DNA of 64,000 bases from an uncultured Candidatus Saccharibacteria bacterium (GCA_964491925.1 CAZBGZ010000003.1:86234-150233), one strand, 5' to 3'. Counted from the first letter of the stretch, positions 1 through 11,753 are shown. Program-made: numbers and translations. Notes: generated from the sequence alone by a model not told the origin.

Positions 1-1
1 T

Positions 2-997
2 ATAGCTCTATCCATCCCATTAGCCGCCGGTTTAATCACTTACCGCAAAGTTAATCAATCCATAAAAACCGAACTTACAAATTTAAGCTCTCAAAATCAG
101 GAATTGAAAAATAAAATTGCTACTGCCGAGAAAATTTCTGAAGTAGTCGACACAGATACTAGTGATGTATCAGTTGAAAAAAACAAGACAGAACAACCAA
201 AACAAGTTAAGGGTGATTTTTGTGATAACTCTGTGAATACCGTCTGTTTTTCACCAAGGACGGACAAAGTAATTACTGCGGTTGTGGTTCAGTACGGAAA
301 TTACTTGAACAAAAACGAATTAGAACAGTACACTCAAACCATAATAAAGCGGTTTGACATTGCTACAGACGGTTTAGTTAGCCTAAAAATAATCGCCTCT
401 GTGAGTATCCCGCTGCCAAAGCACGATACTGCTGTTATTTCTAAGAAGTTGCCGTGGATAAAGGAAAAGGATAGATTAAATGGACTATGGTACTACTATA
501 ACAATTCAGGTCTGAGCACAGTAGGGGGCGAGATTTTCGAAGCATCAATGAAGTCCACAATAGCGCAATATGTAAAAAAAGCTGATGCAATTATTTCGTT
601 GACTGAAGCACAGTTTGAAGCTTTGGGTTTTCAGGATCAAAGAGTCTTGGTGACAGAGCAACCAACTCAAATTGCTTGGGAGCGAAAAAATAATAACAAA
701 ATAGAAAAAAATAGCGAGTGGAAATTAGCCGATGAGATTACTCATGAATTAGGTCATTTTATGGGCTTAGATCACTCATCCCCGAATGCATTTGACAATG
801 GAATATTGTCTACTCAAAAGTGTTCAAAATCACCCAACAGAAACGATATTATGAGTTATTGTAGATCACGCACTAAAGTTTCCTCAACCGTGGCTGGAAA
901 ATTTAGCAAATGCACTGCAAATTTTATAGATAAAGTATTCGTGCCGATACTATTAAATGGCGGTTATCCTACCCATCAGGAGAAGCCATGTCCTTAG
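2..997 (+). CDS. Membrane-anchored metzincin-type zinc metalloprotease (5' end outside window)
   Basis: Frame is open back to the window start, so the listed TTG at 104 is probably internal; upstream residues IALSIPLAAGLITY look like a TM helix. HELGHFMGLDH = HExxHxxGxxH zinc site, with a downstream NDIMSYC Met-turn-like motif. Confidence 0.7.
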   Translation: MALSIPLAAGLITYRKVNQSIKTELTNLSSQNQELKNKIATAEKISEVVDTDTSDVSVEKNKTEQPKQVKGDFCDNSVNTVCFSPRTDKVITAVVVQYGNYLNKNELEQYTQTIIKRFDIATDGLVSLKIIASVSIPLPKHDTAVISKKLPWIKEKDRLNGLWYYYNNSGLSTVGGEIFEASMKSTIAQYVKKADAIISLTEAQFEALGFQDQRVLVTEQPTQIAWERKNNNKIEKNSEWKLADEITHELGHFMGLDHSSPNAFDNGILSTQKCSKSPNRNDIMSYCRSRTKVSSTVAGKFSKCTANFIDKVFVPILLNGGYPTHQEKPCP

Positions 998-1266
998 AAA
1001 CCCCCGAAATTCCTAGCTTAGAAGCTGAACAAGGTCAAAATGTATATTTAGAAAACACGACCGTTGATAAAAAATATCACGATTTTAAAAAATTGTATAT
1101 TTTACTTGTAGTAGCTTCTATTTGCTGTGCGGTTTTGATTTCTGCATTAGTCATCTATTTTACGAACAAAAAATATTATGTAGATATTCAATCGTTAAAA
1201 AACGAAAACTATACTTTGAGCCAACGAATAGATGCGATAAATGCAGCAAAATCAGAAAAGAAATAA
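988..1266 (+). CDS. Small single-pass membrane protein, hypothetical
   Basis: 92-aa ORF overlapping the upstream stop by 10 nt. Central TM helix (LYILLVVASICCAVLISALVIYF) followed by a short coiled-coil-like tail. No family recognised. Confidence 0.45.
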   Translation: MSLETPEIPSLEAEQGQNVYLENTTVDKKYHDFKKLYILLVVASICCAVLISALVIYFTNKKYYVDIQSLKNENYTLSQRIDAINAAKSEKK

Positions 1267-1455
1267 CTCTGTAATATCTTCAGTATATATTTATAATGGA
1301 AACTAGTAACAAGCCATATATGAAATCTTTTTTGATCGGGAGTTTTTGATTTTTACTATCTGTAAATTTAAAGAATTATAATTTTAGGGTGAGAGATATC
1401 TTGAATAGGCGCTATAATAGACGGGCTATATAATATCAATAAAGGAGAGATAGAC

Positions 1456-1647
1456 ATGGTTACAGGATACTGCGTTAAGTGTAAGGAAAAAGGCGTTGAA
1501 TTGTCAGCACCAGAAATTGTACAAACTTCAAAAGGTGGTTACATGGCCAAAGGCAAGCACGAGAAATGTGGAACAACTGTTTGCGCAATGATGTCTAAAG
1601 ACAATGCTGAAAAAGCAGTAGAAGGTGGCGCAAAAAAAGCTTATTAG
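1456..1647 (+). CDS. Small zinc-ribbon protein (DUF5679-like)
   Basis: Strong SD (aaaggagag) 7 nt upstream. CVKC...C(G)TTVC cysteine pairs. Resembles, from memory, the small CxxC...CGT DUF5679 family. Followed by a clean terminator. Confidence 0.55.
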   Translation: MVTGYCVKCKEKGVELSAPEIVQTSKGGYMAKGKHEKCGTTVCAMMSKDNAEKAVEGGAKKAY

Positions 1648-1681
1648 TTTATTGCTTTTCTAGCTACAAAAAACACAATTT

Positions 1682-1701
1682 GGACGCTTCGGCGTCCTTT
1701 T
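1682..1701 (+). terminator. Rho-independent terminator
   Basis: ggacgc-ttcg-gcgtcc hairpin (UUCG loop) followed by tttt. Confidence 0.75.
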
Positions 1702-1816
1702 GATTAACCCCAGGTGTGAAACAGCTAGATATAATTGAACAAATCGGTGGATTGTAATGGCTATTCGTCTTATTAAGCAGACAATTGCGTAAGGACTTTT
1801 TTGATACAATGCACCT

Positions 1817-2026
1817 GTGGGTATGCTGAAAAATAAGAAACTGGTAGTATTTATTTCGTTATCGTTGGTTCTCTTGGCAATTTTTTCCGTTTTGTTTTAT
1901 CGTCATCAAGCTAAACCCAAATTTGAACACGAAGGATGGATTAACTGTATGCCTTCGCCAGGTACCGTACGATCCGAATTATGTAAACGGGCGGAGGAAG
2001 CTAACTATCCATATATTGCATACTAA
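1817..2026 (+). CDS. Small membrane protein, hypothetical
   Basis: 69-aa ORF (GTG at 1817, or ATG at 1823) with one TM helix. No family recognised. Confidence 0.3.
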   Translation: MGMLKNKKLVVFISLSLVLLAIFSVLFYRHQAKPKFEHEGWINCMPSPGTVRSELCKRAEEANYPYIAY

Positions 2027-2070
2027 GCTGACATTGTTTTTGCCATGTTATCCGCTACAAGGATACGTAA

Positions 2071-2496
2071 TTACTTCTTTTTACTTTTGACGGTTATCTT
2101 TTTTGGTTCGGGGAGGGGTGTTAGGGGTACAACGACTTTTAGAACACCGTCGTCTAGATGTGCTTCTACTTTATCGGAGTTTGCCCTTCCTGGTAGTGCT
2201 ACCCGGCGATAAAAGCTACTAGAGCTTTCTCGCACCACATATTTTTTGCCTTTATCTTCTTCTTTTTCATGCTTCTCGGCGCTAATCACTAGAGTGTTAC
2301 CATCTACATGGATGTTAACGTCTTTTTGGTCGAAATTTGGTAGGTGGGCCTCGACGATTAGCTCGTTACTTTTTATATAAACATCTGTTGTGGGGATGTT
2401 CACCCCCTTGAATGACGATACCCAATCATCTCCAAAAAATTGCTTTTGTAGAGAACTCAGCTCTGCGAATGGGTCCCACTTCATTAGATTGCTCAT
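2071..2496 (-). CDS. Hsp20/alpha-crystallin family small heat-shock protein
   Basis: Alpha-crystallin-like sequence (DVYIKSNELIVEAHLPNF...VLVISAEK...SFYRRVALP...GVLKVVVP). Start moved to the internal ATG at 2496 (MSNLMKWDPF), which has the SD gaaaggagaa. A promoter and operator lie inside the longer ORF. Confidence 0.85.
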   Translation of the reverse strand: MSNLMKWDPFAELSSLQKQFFGDDWVSSFKGVNIPTTDVYIKSNELIVEAHLPNFDQKDVNIHVDGNTLVISAEKHEKEEDKGKKYVVRESSSSFYRRVALPGRANSDKVEAHLDDGVLKVVVPLTPLPEPKKITVKSKKK

Positions 2497-2557
2497 ATTA
2501 TTTCTCCTTTCGTTATGTTTTAACGTTTGTGGAGAGCACATATGGCTCAGCAGTTCT

Positions 2558-2595
2558 ATCATAATAAATTGGCACTCTAATGTCAAGAGTGCCAA
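2558..2595 (-). promoter_or_regulatory. CIRCE-like inverted repeat (HrcA-type operator) overlapping a sigma70-type promoter of hsp20
   Basis: Minus strand reads TTGGCACTC-N9-GAGTGCCAA (2595->2569), versus CIRCE consensus TTAGCACTC-N9-GAGTGCTAA. TTGACA (2586->2581) lies in the spacer, then 17 nt, then TATGAT (2563->2558). Confidence 0.7.
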
Positions 2596-2631
2596 CAAGC
2601 TTATTCTTATGATAGATAACTAAAAAGGTGC

Positions 2632-3612
2632 TTATTTTCGGCCTTTGATGTGGTCGGACTCATCCTCTATTTCGTGGTCTAGGATTTCTTCGACCAGGTC
2701 CTCGATGGTGACTACCCCAACTACACGATCATCACGCTCAATAGGTATAAGGTGGGTTCTAGCGGAAATAAATTTGTGAAACATTGTGTCTAGCATAGTC
2801 ATGCTGCCGACCAGTTTTGTTGGATGTAGTTTCAGATCTGTAACTTTCTGAGGATGGTTGTCAAAATCAACATCAACCAGGTCTTTCATTAGTAAAATTC
2901 CTCGGCAAAGGGTAAGTTTTTTATCAAATATTGGAATTCTGCTATAACTCTTTGCTTTGATTTCATCTAAGCGACCGGCGTCAATAACCGTGTCTTCGCC
3001 CAACCAATAAACATACTTTATTGGTGTCATTATTTCTTTTACCCTTTTTTCGCTGAGAGCCAGAGCAGCTTTCATGATTTTTATCTCACCATTATCCAAC
3101 TCACTGGATTTGTTGCTATCATGATCGCTAATGATCAATCCTAGTTCTCGTCGGTTGTGAAGTTTGGCATTTTCATGACCAAAAAGCCTATCTAGCAATA
3201 CTTGCAAAGGTTTTGAAACTGGGTAAGTCAAGATAATCATGATACGGAGTAGCCACGCAAAACGAGCTGTGACCCGCAATGCATAACGCGCGAAGTATGC
3301 CTGGGGCACAACTTCGCCAAAAATCACAATTAATAAGGTGCTGGAAACACCTGCTATTAAGCCACCCAATTTCTCATCTATTACTAATGAAGTTGTTGAT
3401 ATGACCGCCACGTTCGTGAGCAATATACTAGCAAGAGTTAAATGGCTATTTTTACGCAGCGGTAGTACTTTCATGGCGTTTTTACTACCGAGTTTTACTT
3501 TTCGTTCTAGGTCAGCTAGGTTCAAAGACATTAGGGAAATGTTCAACCCCGAACAAATTGCCGACATGCCTACCAGGGCTGCAACTTCAAGTATGAAAAT
3601 GATTGAATCCAT
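2632..3612 (-). CDS. CNNM/CorC (HlyC/CorC) family transporter: DUF21 membrane domain plus CBS pair
   Basis: N-terminal ~4 TM region followed by CBS-pair-like sequence (KEIMTPIKYV...VVGVVTIEDLVEEI). No C-terminal CorC_HlyC domain is evident. Confidence 0.7.
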   Translation of the reverse strand: MDSIIFILEVAALVGMSAICSGLNISLMSLNLADLERKVKLGSKNAMKVLPLRKNSHLTLASILLTNVAVISTTSLVIDEKLGGLIAGVSSTLLIVIFGEVVPQAYFARYALRVTARFAWLLRIMIILTYPVSKPLQVLLDRLFGHENAKLHNRRELGLIISDHDSNKSSELDNGEIKIMKAALALSEKRVKEIMTPIKYVYWLGEDTVIDAGRLDEIKAKSYSRIPIFDKKLTLCRGILLMKDLVDVDFDNHPQKVTDLKLHPTKLVGSMTMLDTMFHKFISARTHLIPIERDDRVVGVVTIEDLVEEILDHEIEDESDHIKGRK

Positions 3613-3695
3613 TAGTTGGTGCTAATTATAATGTATTTTGTAGGCATACGAGAATGCTAAATTTAAATGTATAGATATTAATATAAATGAAACAG

Positions 3696-3724
3696 TTGCA
3701 AAAATAAGCTGTTATATCTATTAT
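3696..3724 (+). promoter_or_regulatory. Sigma70-type promoter
   Basis: TTGCAA (3696-3701), 17 nt, TATTAT (3719-3724). The downstream SD ggggag precedes the ATG at 3756. Confidence 0.5.
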
Positions 3725-3755
3725 TGGTTTAAATTAATGTGATAGGGGAGTCTAT

Positions 3756-4733
3756 ATGTCTAGATTTGATGGAATAGGGAGCGTTTCTGGAAGAGAGCAA
3801 ATTAACCCGCTGGGCGGTGTGATAGGCCGTGGCGTACAGAGTCTGCGCCGGGAGTATGGGAAAGTGGTGGATGGGTTTGATAATGACGCATATTTCAACC
3901 CAAGGTATCCTGACCAAGTTGACGAAGTAAGGAAAATGTTGAGTGATGCGACCCTGAAAAGACTTCAAAGAAGACCAGACTCAGTGAAATTGCCCAAAGG
4001 CGTTGTTTTGCCCGAAGATGGTGTTGCTTTTGCAAGCGATGCTGTTGAGCGTTGGGGCGTCGAAGGGCCAATTAAGAAACCCGAAAGCAAGTCGGGGCTA
4101 ACAGATTGGCAAGATCGGAGAATTGACTGGGCGCTAGAGTTGACACTTCAGCGAGACCAAATGAGTCTAAGGGGTGGTGATCACGAAGTCGTGGCAGATT
4201 ATGGGCACGCGGCTTTGGGTGATGTGCTGCGCGAATCCACACAAATACAACAAAAATTTGGCGACAGAGTAAGACTAAGCGATCTTGACTCAACCACTGA
4301 TTTATGGGTTCCTTTTCAAACTGGACCAGAAATTCGAAAAGGCCCAGGGTTGGTCACAATCGATGCTTTTATGACTGGCGTTATGGGTGCATTGGGCGAG
4401 ATTGCTCCTAGCAGTCTAACTTTTACCGAAAGAAAGCGTTTAGATCAGGTTGGTAACAGAACCGCACAACTATGGACATCACCAGACGCTGGCAGGCGCG
4501 CTGAAGAATTCAGATTAGAAGCACCAAAGACAGATCCAGCGCGCGGTATTACGCAAGTTGATGCATTAAGTGTTCTGCATCAAACCAGGAAAACTGGCCC
4601 AGTTCCAGACGGGACTATGGATTATGTCCAGGAAGCGGTTGTCTCTGCCTGCGATGTCAGTGGTATAGATTATGCACACCATAATTCACTTCTGGTTAGA
4701 CAACAGAGAGGCTATGTTCCCCCAGTTCGGTAG
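3756..4733 (+). CDS. Hypothetical protein (orphan, compositionally atypical)
   Basis: 325-aa ORF with its own promoter and SD. R/G/D-rich and visibly more GC-rich than neighbours. No motif or TM recognised. Confidence 0.6.
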   Translation: MSRFDGIGSVSGREQINPLGGVIGRGVQSLRREYGKVVDGFDNDAYFNPRYPDQVDEVRKMLSDATLKRLQRRPDSVKLPKGVVLPEDGVAFASDAVERWGVEGPIKKPESKSGLTDWQDRRIDWALELTLQRDQMSLRGGDHEVVADYGHAALGDVLRESTQIQQKFGDRVRLSDLDSTTDLWVPFQTGPEIRKGPGLVTIDAFMTGVMGALGEIAPSSLTFTERKRLDQVGNRTAQLWTSPDAGRRAEEFRLEAPKTDPARGITQVDALSVLHQTRKTGPVPDGTMDYVQEAVVSACDVSGIDYAHHNSLLVRQQRGYVPPVR

Positions 4734-4753
4734 CAGTTGCACACTGGTTATTA

Positions 4754-4782
4754 TTGACTATTTAAGCAATACATAGTAATAT
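4754..4782 (+). promoter_or_regulatory. Sigma70-type promoter giving a leaderless transcript
   Basis: TTGACT (4754-4759), 17 nt, TAATAT (4777-4782). The ATG at 4790 is only 7 nt after the -10 box and has no SD. Confidence 0.5.
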
Positions 4783-4789
4783 ATACGTA

Positions 4790-5449
4790 ATGTTTAATAA
4801 ATTTGTTTCGTTATTTTTTGTATCTGTTGCTTGTGCATTTATGACTTTAAGCCCAGGTATAGCTAGTGCATCTACTAAATCGCTTACAGCCGAGTCAAGC
4901 AGTTGTAGAGTCACTGCTACTGGCGCCACAGTTAGAAAAGTCCAGGCCAAAGTTGGTGTCGCCCAAGACGGAGTTCTAGGTCCAATAACCTGTAACGCGA
5001 TTAAATCCTACCAATGCACAAAAAACCTTTCTGTTGACGGAATCGTGGGCCCTAATACATGGGGAATAATGCAGGGCAATACACCGCCTCGTGGTGTGCG
5101 AATTTGTGCTGACCTGAATAACCAAAAACTATGGCTATCAAAAAATGGTGTTAGAACCTATAACGCCGAACGCATGCGATCTGGCGACCCAAGATTAAAC
5201 CAATCAGAAGCGACGAGAATTGGGAACCACAGCGTTTACTACAAAGATATTGATCATGTATCGTCAATATTCGGCTCTCCAATGCCGTATTCCATGTTCT
5301 TTTATGGCGGACAAGCCATACACGAATCTACTTTTAGCACGCCTGGTAGTCACGGGTGCATCAACGTTACTCATAACGACGCAAAGAAATTATGGAACAA
5401 CTCCCCAGTCGGCACTCCTGTTAGTGTTTGGGGTGTTAGGCCTGTTTAG
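4790..5449 (+). CDS. Secreted L,D-transpeptidase (YkuD) with peptidoglycan-binding domain
   Basis: Signal peptide (..SPGIASAS). PG_binding_1-like repeats (DGVLGPITCNAIKSYQ / DGIVGPNTWGIM). Catalytic SHGCINV motif (H..GC). Confidence 0.8.
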   Translation: MFNKFVSLFFVSVACAFMTLSPGIASASTKSLTAESSSCRVTATGATVRKVQAKVGVAQDGVLGPITCNAIKSYQCTKNLSVDGIVGPNTWGIMQGNTPPRGVRICADLNNQKLWLSKNGVRTYNAERMRSGDPRLNQSEATRIGNHSVYYKDIDHVSSIFGSPMPYSMFFYGGQAIHESTFSTPGSHGCINVTHNDAKKLWNNSPVGTPVSVWGVRPV

Positions 5450-5482
5450 ACCTGCCCAGCCTATTTTTGTTACTATTAGTAG

Positions 5483-6019
5483 ATGAAAATATACTTAGCC
5501 AGGCATGGCTTGACCAATTATAACGAGCTGGGTCTAAGCAATTCTGATCCGTCAAAAGACGTTTATTTAACAGGGAAAGGCATCGAGCAGGCGAAAAGAC
5601 TAGCAAAAAATCTGGAAAATATAGATTTTGACGTTATCTTTATCTCTGAGTTAAAACGCACAAAGCAAACAGCAGAAATCATAAATGTGCACCATGAAAT
5701 ACCGTTAAAAGTCGATAATCGACTGAACGATGTAAAAACTGGTTTCGAAGACGTTCATTATTTGGTCTATCACGAGGCGTTGGATAGTGTAGATAACAGA
5801 TGGACTGTCAGATTTAACGATGGTGAGTCGCAGGAAGATCTGAAAAAACGTGTCGAAAGTTTTATCCAAGAATTAAAGAAGAAGAAATACCAAACTGTTT
5901 TAATAGTTACATCTATGGTCATAATCCAAGAATTTTATGCGATAGTTAAAAACCTGACCTATGAGCAAGCATGGGATATGCCTGTGCCGCAGGGTAGTTG
6001 TATCGAGGTAGATTTATGA
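5483..6019 (+). CDS. Histidine phosphatase (phosphoglycerate mutase-like) family protein
   Basis: N-terminal RHG motif (LARHGLTNYN). Size and layout are typical of the family; substrate unknown. Confidence 0.7.
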   Translation: MKIYLARHGLTNYNELGLSNSDPSKDVYLTGKGIEQAKRLAKNLENIDFDVIFISELKRTKQTAEIINVHHEIPLKVDNRLNDVKTGFEDVHYLVYHEALDSVDNRWTVRFNDGESQEDLKKRVESFIQELKKKKYQTVLIVTSMVIIQEFYAIVKNLTYEQAWDMPVPQGSCIEVDL

Positions 6020-6867
6020 TGGCAAACGGCCCCGCCCATGACGGCGGTATATGGCGATTAATACCACTGGCACTAACTTTTATTGTTTGTGGATTTTTGG
6101 TTGTATTACTTTGGCTAGAAGTGCTGGCGCTCAACCACTTTATCAATGAACCAATATTAACAACCGTCAGACTACCAGATATACTGGTCGGGCTAACTGT
6201 TTACCTGAAAACATCAATTGATTTTGCCATATACATAGGTAGATTGATGGACAAAAACCCGGGGATAAAAGGCAGGATTGGAATAGAAATCGGAACAGCG
6301 CTGGGAAACGCGTTGGGGACAATGATGATTTTGCTAATTTGGGCCTTTTTCAAAGAGGTCAATTGGCTGCTAGGAATTATGGTTTTACTGGCTGGGCTGG
6401 TACTGATGCGATTGGCGCAAGACGGTGTTAGCTTTATTGATACGGAGAATAAGTCGTACCCTAAATGGTTTCGAATTATGGTAAAGGTCCTAGATAAGGG
6501 ATTGGCCAAGTGGAATAAAATTGTTGAGCCGTTCCTGTCAAAGATAGTGCCATCGCACACCCTGAAAGCTATGACCAAGAACACACTGCTAGGGTTATTA
6601 GCTATTTCGTTTACCGTGCCATTTTTGTTGGGCTTAGATGATTTTGCCGGTTATGTGCCACTATTTAATATCGTCAATGTTTTGGGGTTTGGAATAGGTG
6701 TAATAGTAGGACATATGCTGTTAAATATTTTCTTGTTTATTTCGCCGAAAAAAACTATTGCCGCGGTCAAGAACCCAGTTATATCGTTCTTGGGCTCGAT
6801 AGCCTTTATAGGCCTGGCTGTTTGGGGCTTTATCGAAGCGTACAAATTATTCTTTTTGCATCACTAG
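6016..6867 (+). CDS. Integral membrane protein, hypothetical
   Basis: Multi-TM ORF. I prefer the ATG at 6016, which forms an ATGA overlap with the upstream stop (the listed start 5998 is possible). Family not recognised. Confidence 0.55.
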   Translation: MMANGPAHDGGIWRLIPLALTFIVCGFLVVLLWLEVLALNHFINEPILTTVRLPDILVGLTVYLKTSIDFAIYIGRLMDKNPGIKGRIGIEIGTALGNALGTMMILLIWAFFKEVNWLLGIMVLLAGLVLMRLAQDGVSFIDTENKSYPKWFRIMVKVLDKGLAKWNKIVEPFLSKIVPSHTLKAMTKNTLLGLLAISFTVPFLLGLDDFAGYVPLFNIVNVLGFGIGVIVGHMLLNIFLFISPKKTIAAVKNPVISFLGSIAFIGLAVWGFIEAYKLFFLHH

Positions 6868-6896
6868 AGAATCGTATCTTCATTTGAGGTGTTTTT

Positions 6897-6905
6897 TGAT
6901 AGAAT
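6897..6905 (+). promoter_or_regulatory. Extended -10 promoter for the tRNA-Cys/tRNA-Leu pair
   Basis: TGaTAGAAT, 13 nt upstream of the tRNA-Cys 5' end. Confidence 0.35.
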
Positions 6906-6918
6906 GTTTAGGTACTAT

Positions 6919-6992
6919 GGCGCGTTGGCCGAGGAGTTAGGCACATCTCTGCAAAAGATGTTACAGCGGTGCAAGTCCGCTACGCGCCTCCA
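6919..6992 (+). tRNA. tRNA-Cys (GCA), CCA encoded
   Basis: Hand-folded cloverleaf. Acceptor GGCGCGT/ACGCGCC. Anticodon arm CATCT-CTGCAAA-AGATG. T arm AGCGG-TGCAAGT-CCGCT, where the T-loop has G at the usual U55 position. Discriminator T plus CCA. Confidence 0.85.
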
Positions 6993-7005
6993 TTAACAAT
7001 TAAAA

Positions 7006-7093
7006 GGGCGAGTGGCGGAATTGGTATACGCGGTGGACTTAAAATCCGCTGGTTGAATAAACCTTGAGGGTTCGAGTCCCTCCTCGCCCACCA
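7006..7093 (+). tRNA. tRNA-Leu (UAA), class II, CCA encoded
   Basis: Acceptor GGGCGAG/CTCGCCC. Anticodon loop CTTAAAA. Long variable arm GGTT-gaataa-AACC. T arm GAGGG-TTCGAGT-CCCTC. A plus CCA. Confidence 0.9.
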
Positions 7094-7101
7094 ATGAAAT
7101 C

Positions 7102-7127
7102 AGATCATTTTTTGATGGTCTTTTTTC
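7102..7127 (+). terminator. Rho-independent terminator after the tRNA pair
   Basis: agatcat-tttttg-atggtct (7 bp including one GU) followed by tttttc. Confidence 0.55.
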
Positions 7128-7155
7128 ATTTTTTGACGAAAACAGCGGGCGGAAG

Positions 7156-7164
7156 TGGTATAAT
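7156..7164 (+). promoter_or_regulatory. Extended -10 promoter (TGgTATAAT) for lemA-htpX
   Basis: TGnTATAAT match 31 nt upstream of the lemA ATG. SD-like agggga follows. Confidence 0.45.
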
Positions 7165-7195
7165 GTAAATACACTAATAACAGGGGAAATAAGAT

Positions 7196-7753
7196 ATGTG
7201 GATTGTAATTGGTATCATCGCAGTAGTCGTTGTTCTAGCGATTGTTGGAATATACAACGGACTTGTTAAAGCAAAAATTCGGGTTGATGAAGCCTGGAGC
7301 GATATCACGGTGCAACTAAAACGACGAGGTGATTTGATTCCTAATCTGGTTAATGCAGTAAAAGGCTACGCCAAGCACGAAAAGGGCGTTTTTGAAAAGG
7401 TTACAGAGGCGCGTTCAGCAATTATGGGCGCAAATGGCCCAGCAGAAACAGCCAAGGCCGAAGGCGGTTTCCAGGCTGCACTAAAGAGCTTATTCGCTGT
7501 AGCTGAAGCTTACCCAGACTTAAAAGCAAACGAAAACTTCAAGCACTTGCAAGAAGAACTCGTCGACACAGAGGATAAAATCCAAGCAAGCCGAAGGTTC
7601 TACAACGGGTCAGTCCGCGATCTAAATACAAAGATTCAGGTTTTCCCAACAAACATTTTTGCGGGCATGCTAGGTTTTACAAAACGTGAATTTTACGAAG
7701 TTGACGGAGCCGAGAAGGCAAAAATTGAAAATCCAACAGAAGTTTCTTTTTAA
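7196..7753 (+). CDS. lemA: LemA family protein
   Basis: N-terminal TM plus the typical LemA sequence (YNGLVKAKIRVDEAWSDITVQLKRRGDLIPNLV...YPDLKANENF...RRFYN). Confidence 0.85.
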   Translation: MWIVIGIIAVVVVLAIVGIYNGLVKAKIRVDEAWSDITVQLKRRGDLIPNLVNAVKGYAKHEKGVFEKVTEARSAIMGANGPAETAKAEGGFQAALKSLFAVAEAYPDLKANENFKHLQEELVDTEDKIQASRRFYNGSVRDLNTKIQVFPTNIFAGMLGFTKREFYEVDGAEKAKIENPTEVSF

Positions 7754-7781
7754 GCAGTAACAAAGACGGAGCAACTAGCTA

Positions 7782-8656
7782 GTGTACAAACAGATAGCCG
7801 CGAATAAGCGAAAAACTGTGTTAATGATGATTTTATTTGTTCTTATCGTCTCGGGTCTCGGCTGGATTTTTAGCCAGATGTTCGCCGATGGTAATCAGTA
7901 CATAACTGCGTACGTCATAATTGGCGCATTCTTATACACGTTATTCTCTTATTTCAATAGTTCCAAGATGGCACTCGGACTGAACGGTGCCAAAGTGATA
8001 GAGAAAAAAGATGCCCCAAGACTATACAGAATAGTAGAAAACCTTAGCATAACAGAGGGCTTACCTATGCCCAAAGTATATATAATTGGTGACCCAGCGC
8101 TAAACGCTTTTGCCACGGGACGTGACCCAGCGCACTCTATGGTTGCTGTAACTTCTGGCCTGTTAGAGGCCCTAAATGATAGCGAACTGGAGGGAGTATT
8201 GGCGCACGAGTTTGGACATGTCAAGAATTATGACATTCGTGTTTCTATGATTGTTTTTGCATTAGTGGCGGTCATTGCATTATTGTCTGACATTATGATA
8301 CGGGCAACGTGGTTTAGGAATCGGGATAGTAATGAAGGACAAATATTCTTTATTATCGGTATCATTGCCGCTATTTTGGCGCCGATTGCAGCATTGTTGA
8401 TTCAAATGGCCATATCGAGAAAGCGAGAGTATTTGGCCGATGCGACGGGGGCTCTTACGACCCGTTATCCAGAAGGATTAATTAGTGCTCTTCAGAAAAT
8501 ACAAAAAAGTGGCAGTGTACTAAAAAAACAAAATAGCTCTACTGCACATTTGTTTTTTGCTAACCCCTTAAAAAAAGGCAGTATTTCCGGATTATTTAGT
8601 ACACACCCACCAACGGCAGATAGAATTGCTAAATTACAAGAAATAGGTGGGCAAGC

Positions 8657-8660
<4 letters not shown>
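7782..8660 (+). CDS. htpX: HtpX-like M48 zinc metalloprotease
   Basis: HEFGH zinc motif (LAHEFGHVKNYD), 4 TM layout, C-terminal STHPPTADRI. GTG start. Confidence 0.85.
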
Positions 8661-11622
<2,962 letters not shown>

Positions 11623-11656
11623 CAAATTAGGAGCATAAGCGTTTAATAACAAATGC

Positions 11657-11753
11657 AATCGTGCGCAAGCGGCCGTTTGCGTTAAAACAAAAATATAAAA
11701 ACAAAATGTTAAAACAAAAATTGTGCCGCTCTGGTGGGCGCGCACGATTTTTT
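11657..11753 (+). terminator. Long composite hairpin with T-tract downstream of ligA (terminator or small structured RNA)
   Basis: aatcgtgcgc (11657-11666) pairs with gcgcacgatt (11740-11749). Inner gcggc (11669-11673) pairs with gccgc (11725-11729). A ~50-nt A-rich loop is enclosed, followed by tttttt. Confidence 0.45.

Noticed and set aside
2497-2598. The 34-codon N-terminal extension of the hsp20 ORF
   Set aside because: The extension contains the promoter and the CIRCE-like operator. The internal ATG at 2496 has a strong SD, and the protein aligns from MSNLMKWDPF.
5220-5486. 88-aa ORF overlapping the 3' end of the L,D-transpeptidase gene; similar overlapping plus-strand ORFs at 2390-2623, 3338-3625, 20969-21193, 26931-27131, 53509-53703 and 54919-55116
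   Set aside because: These are alternative-frame ORFs inside or against confidently assigned genes, without motifs or translation signals.
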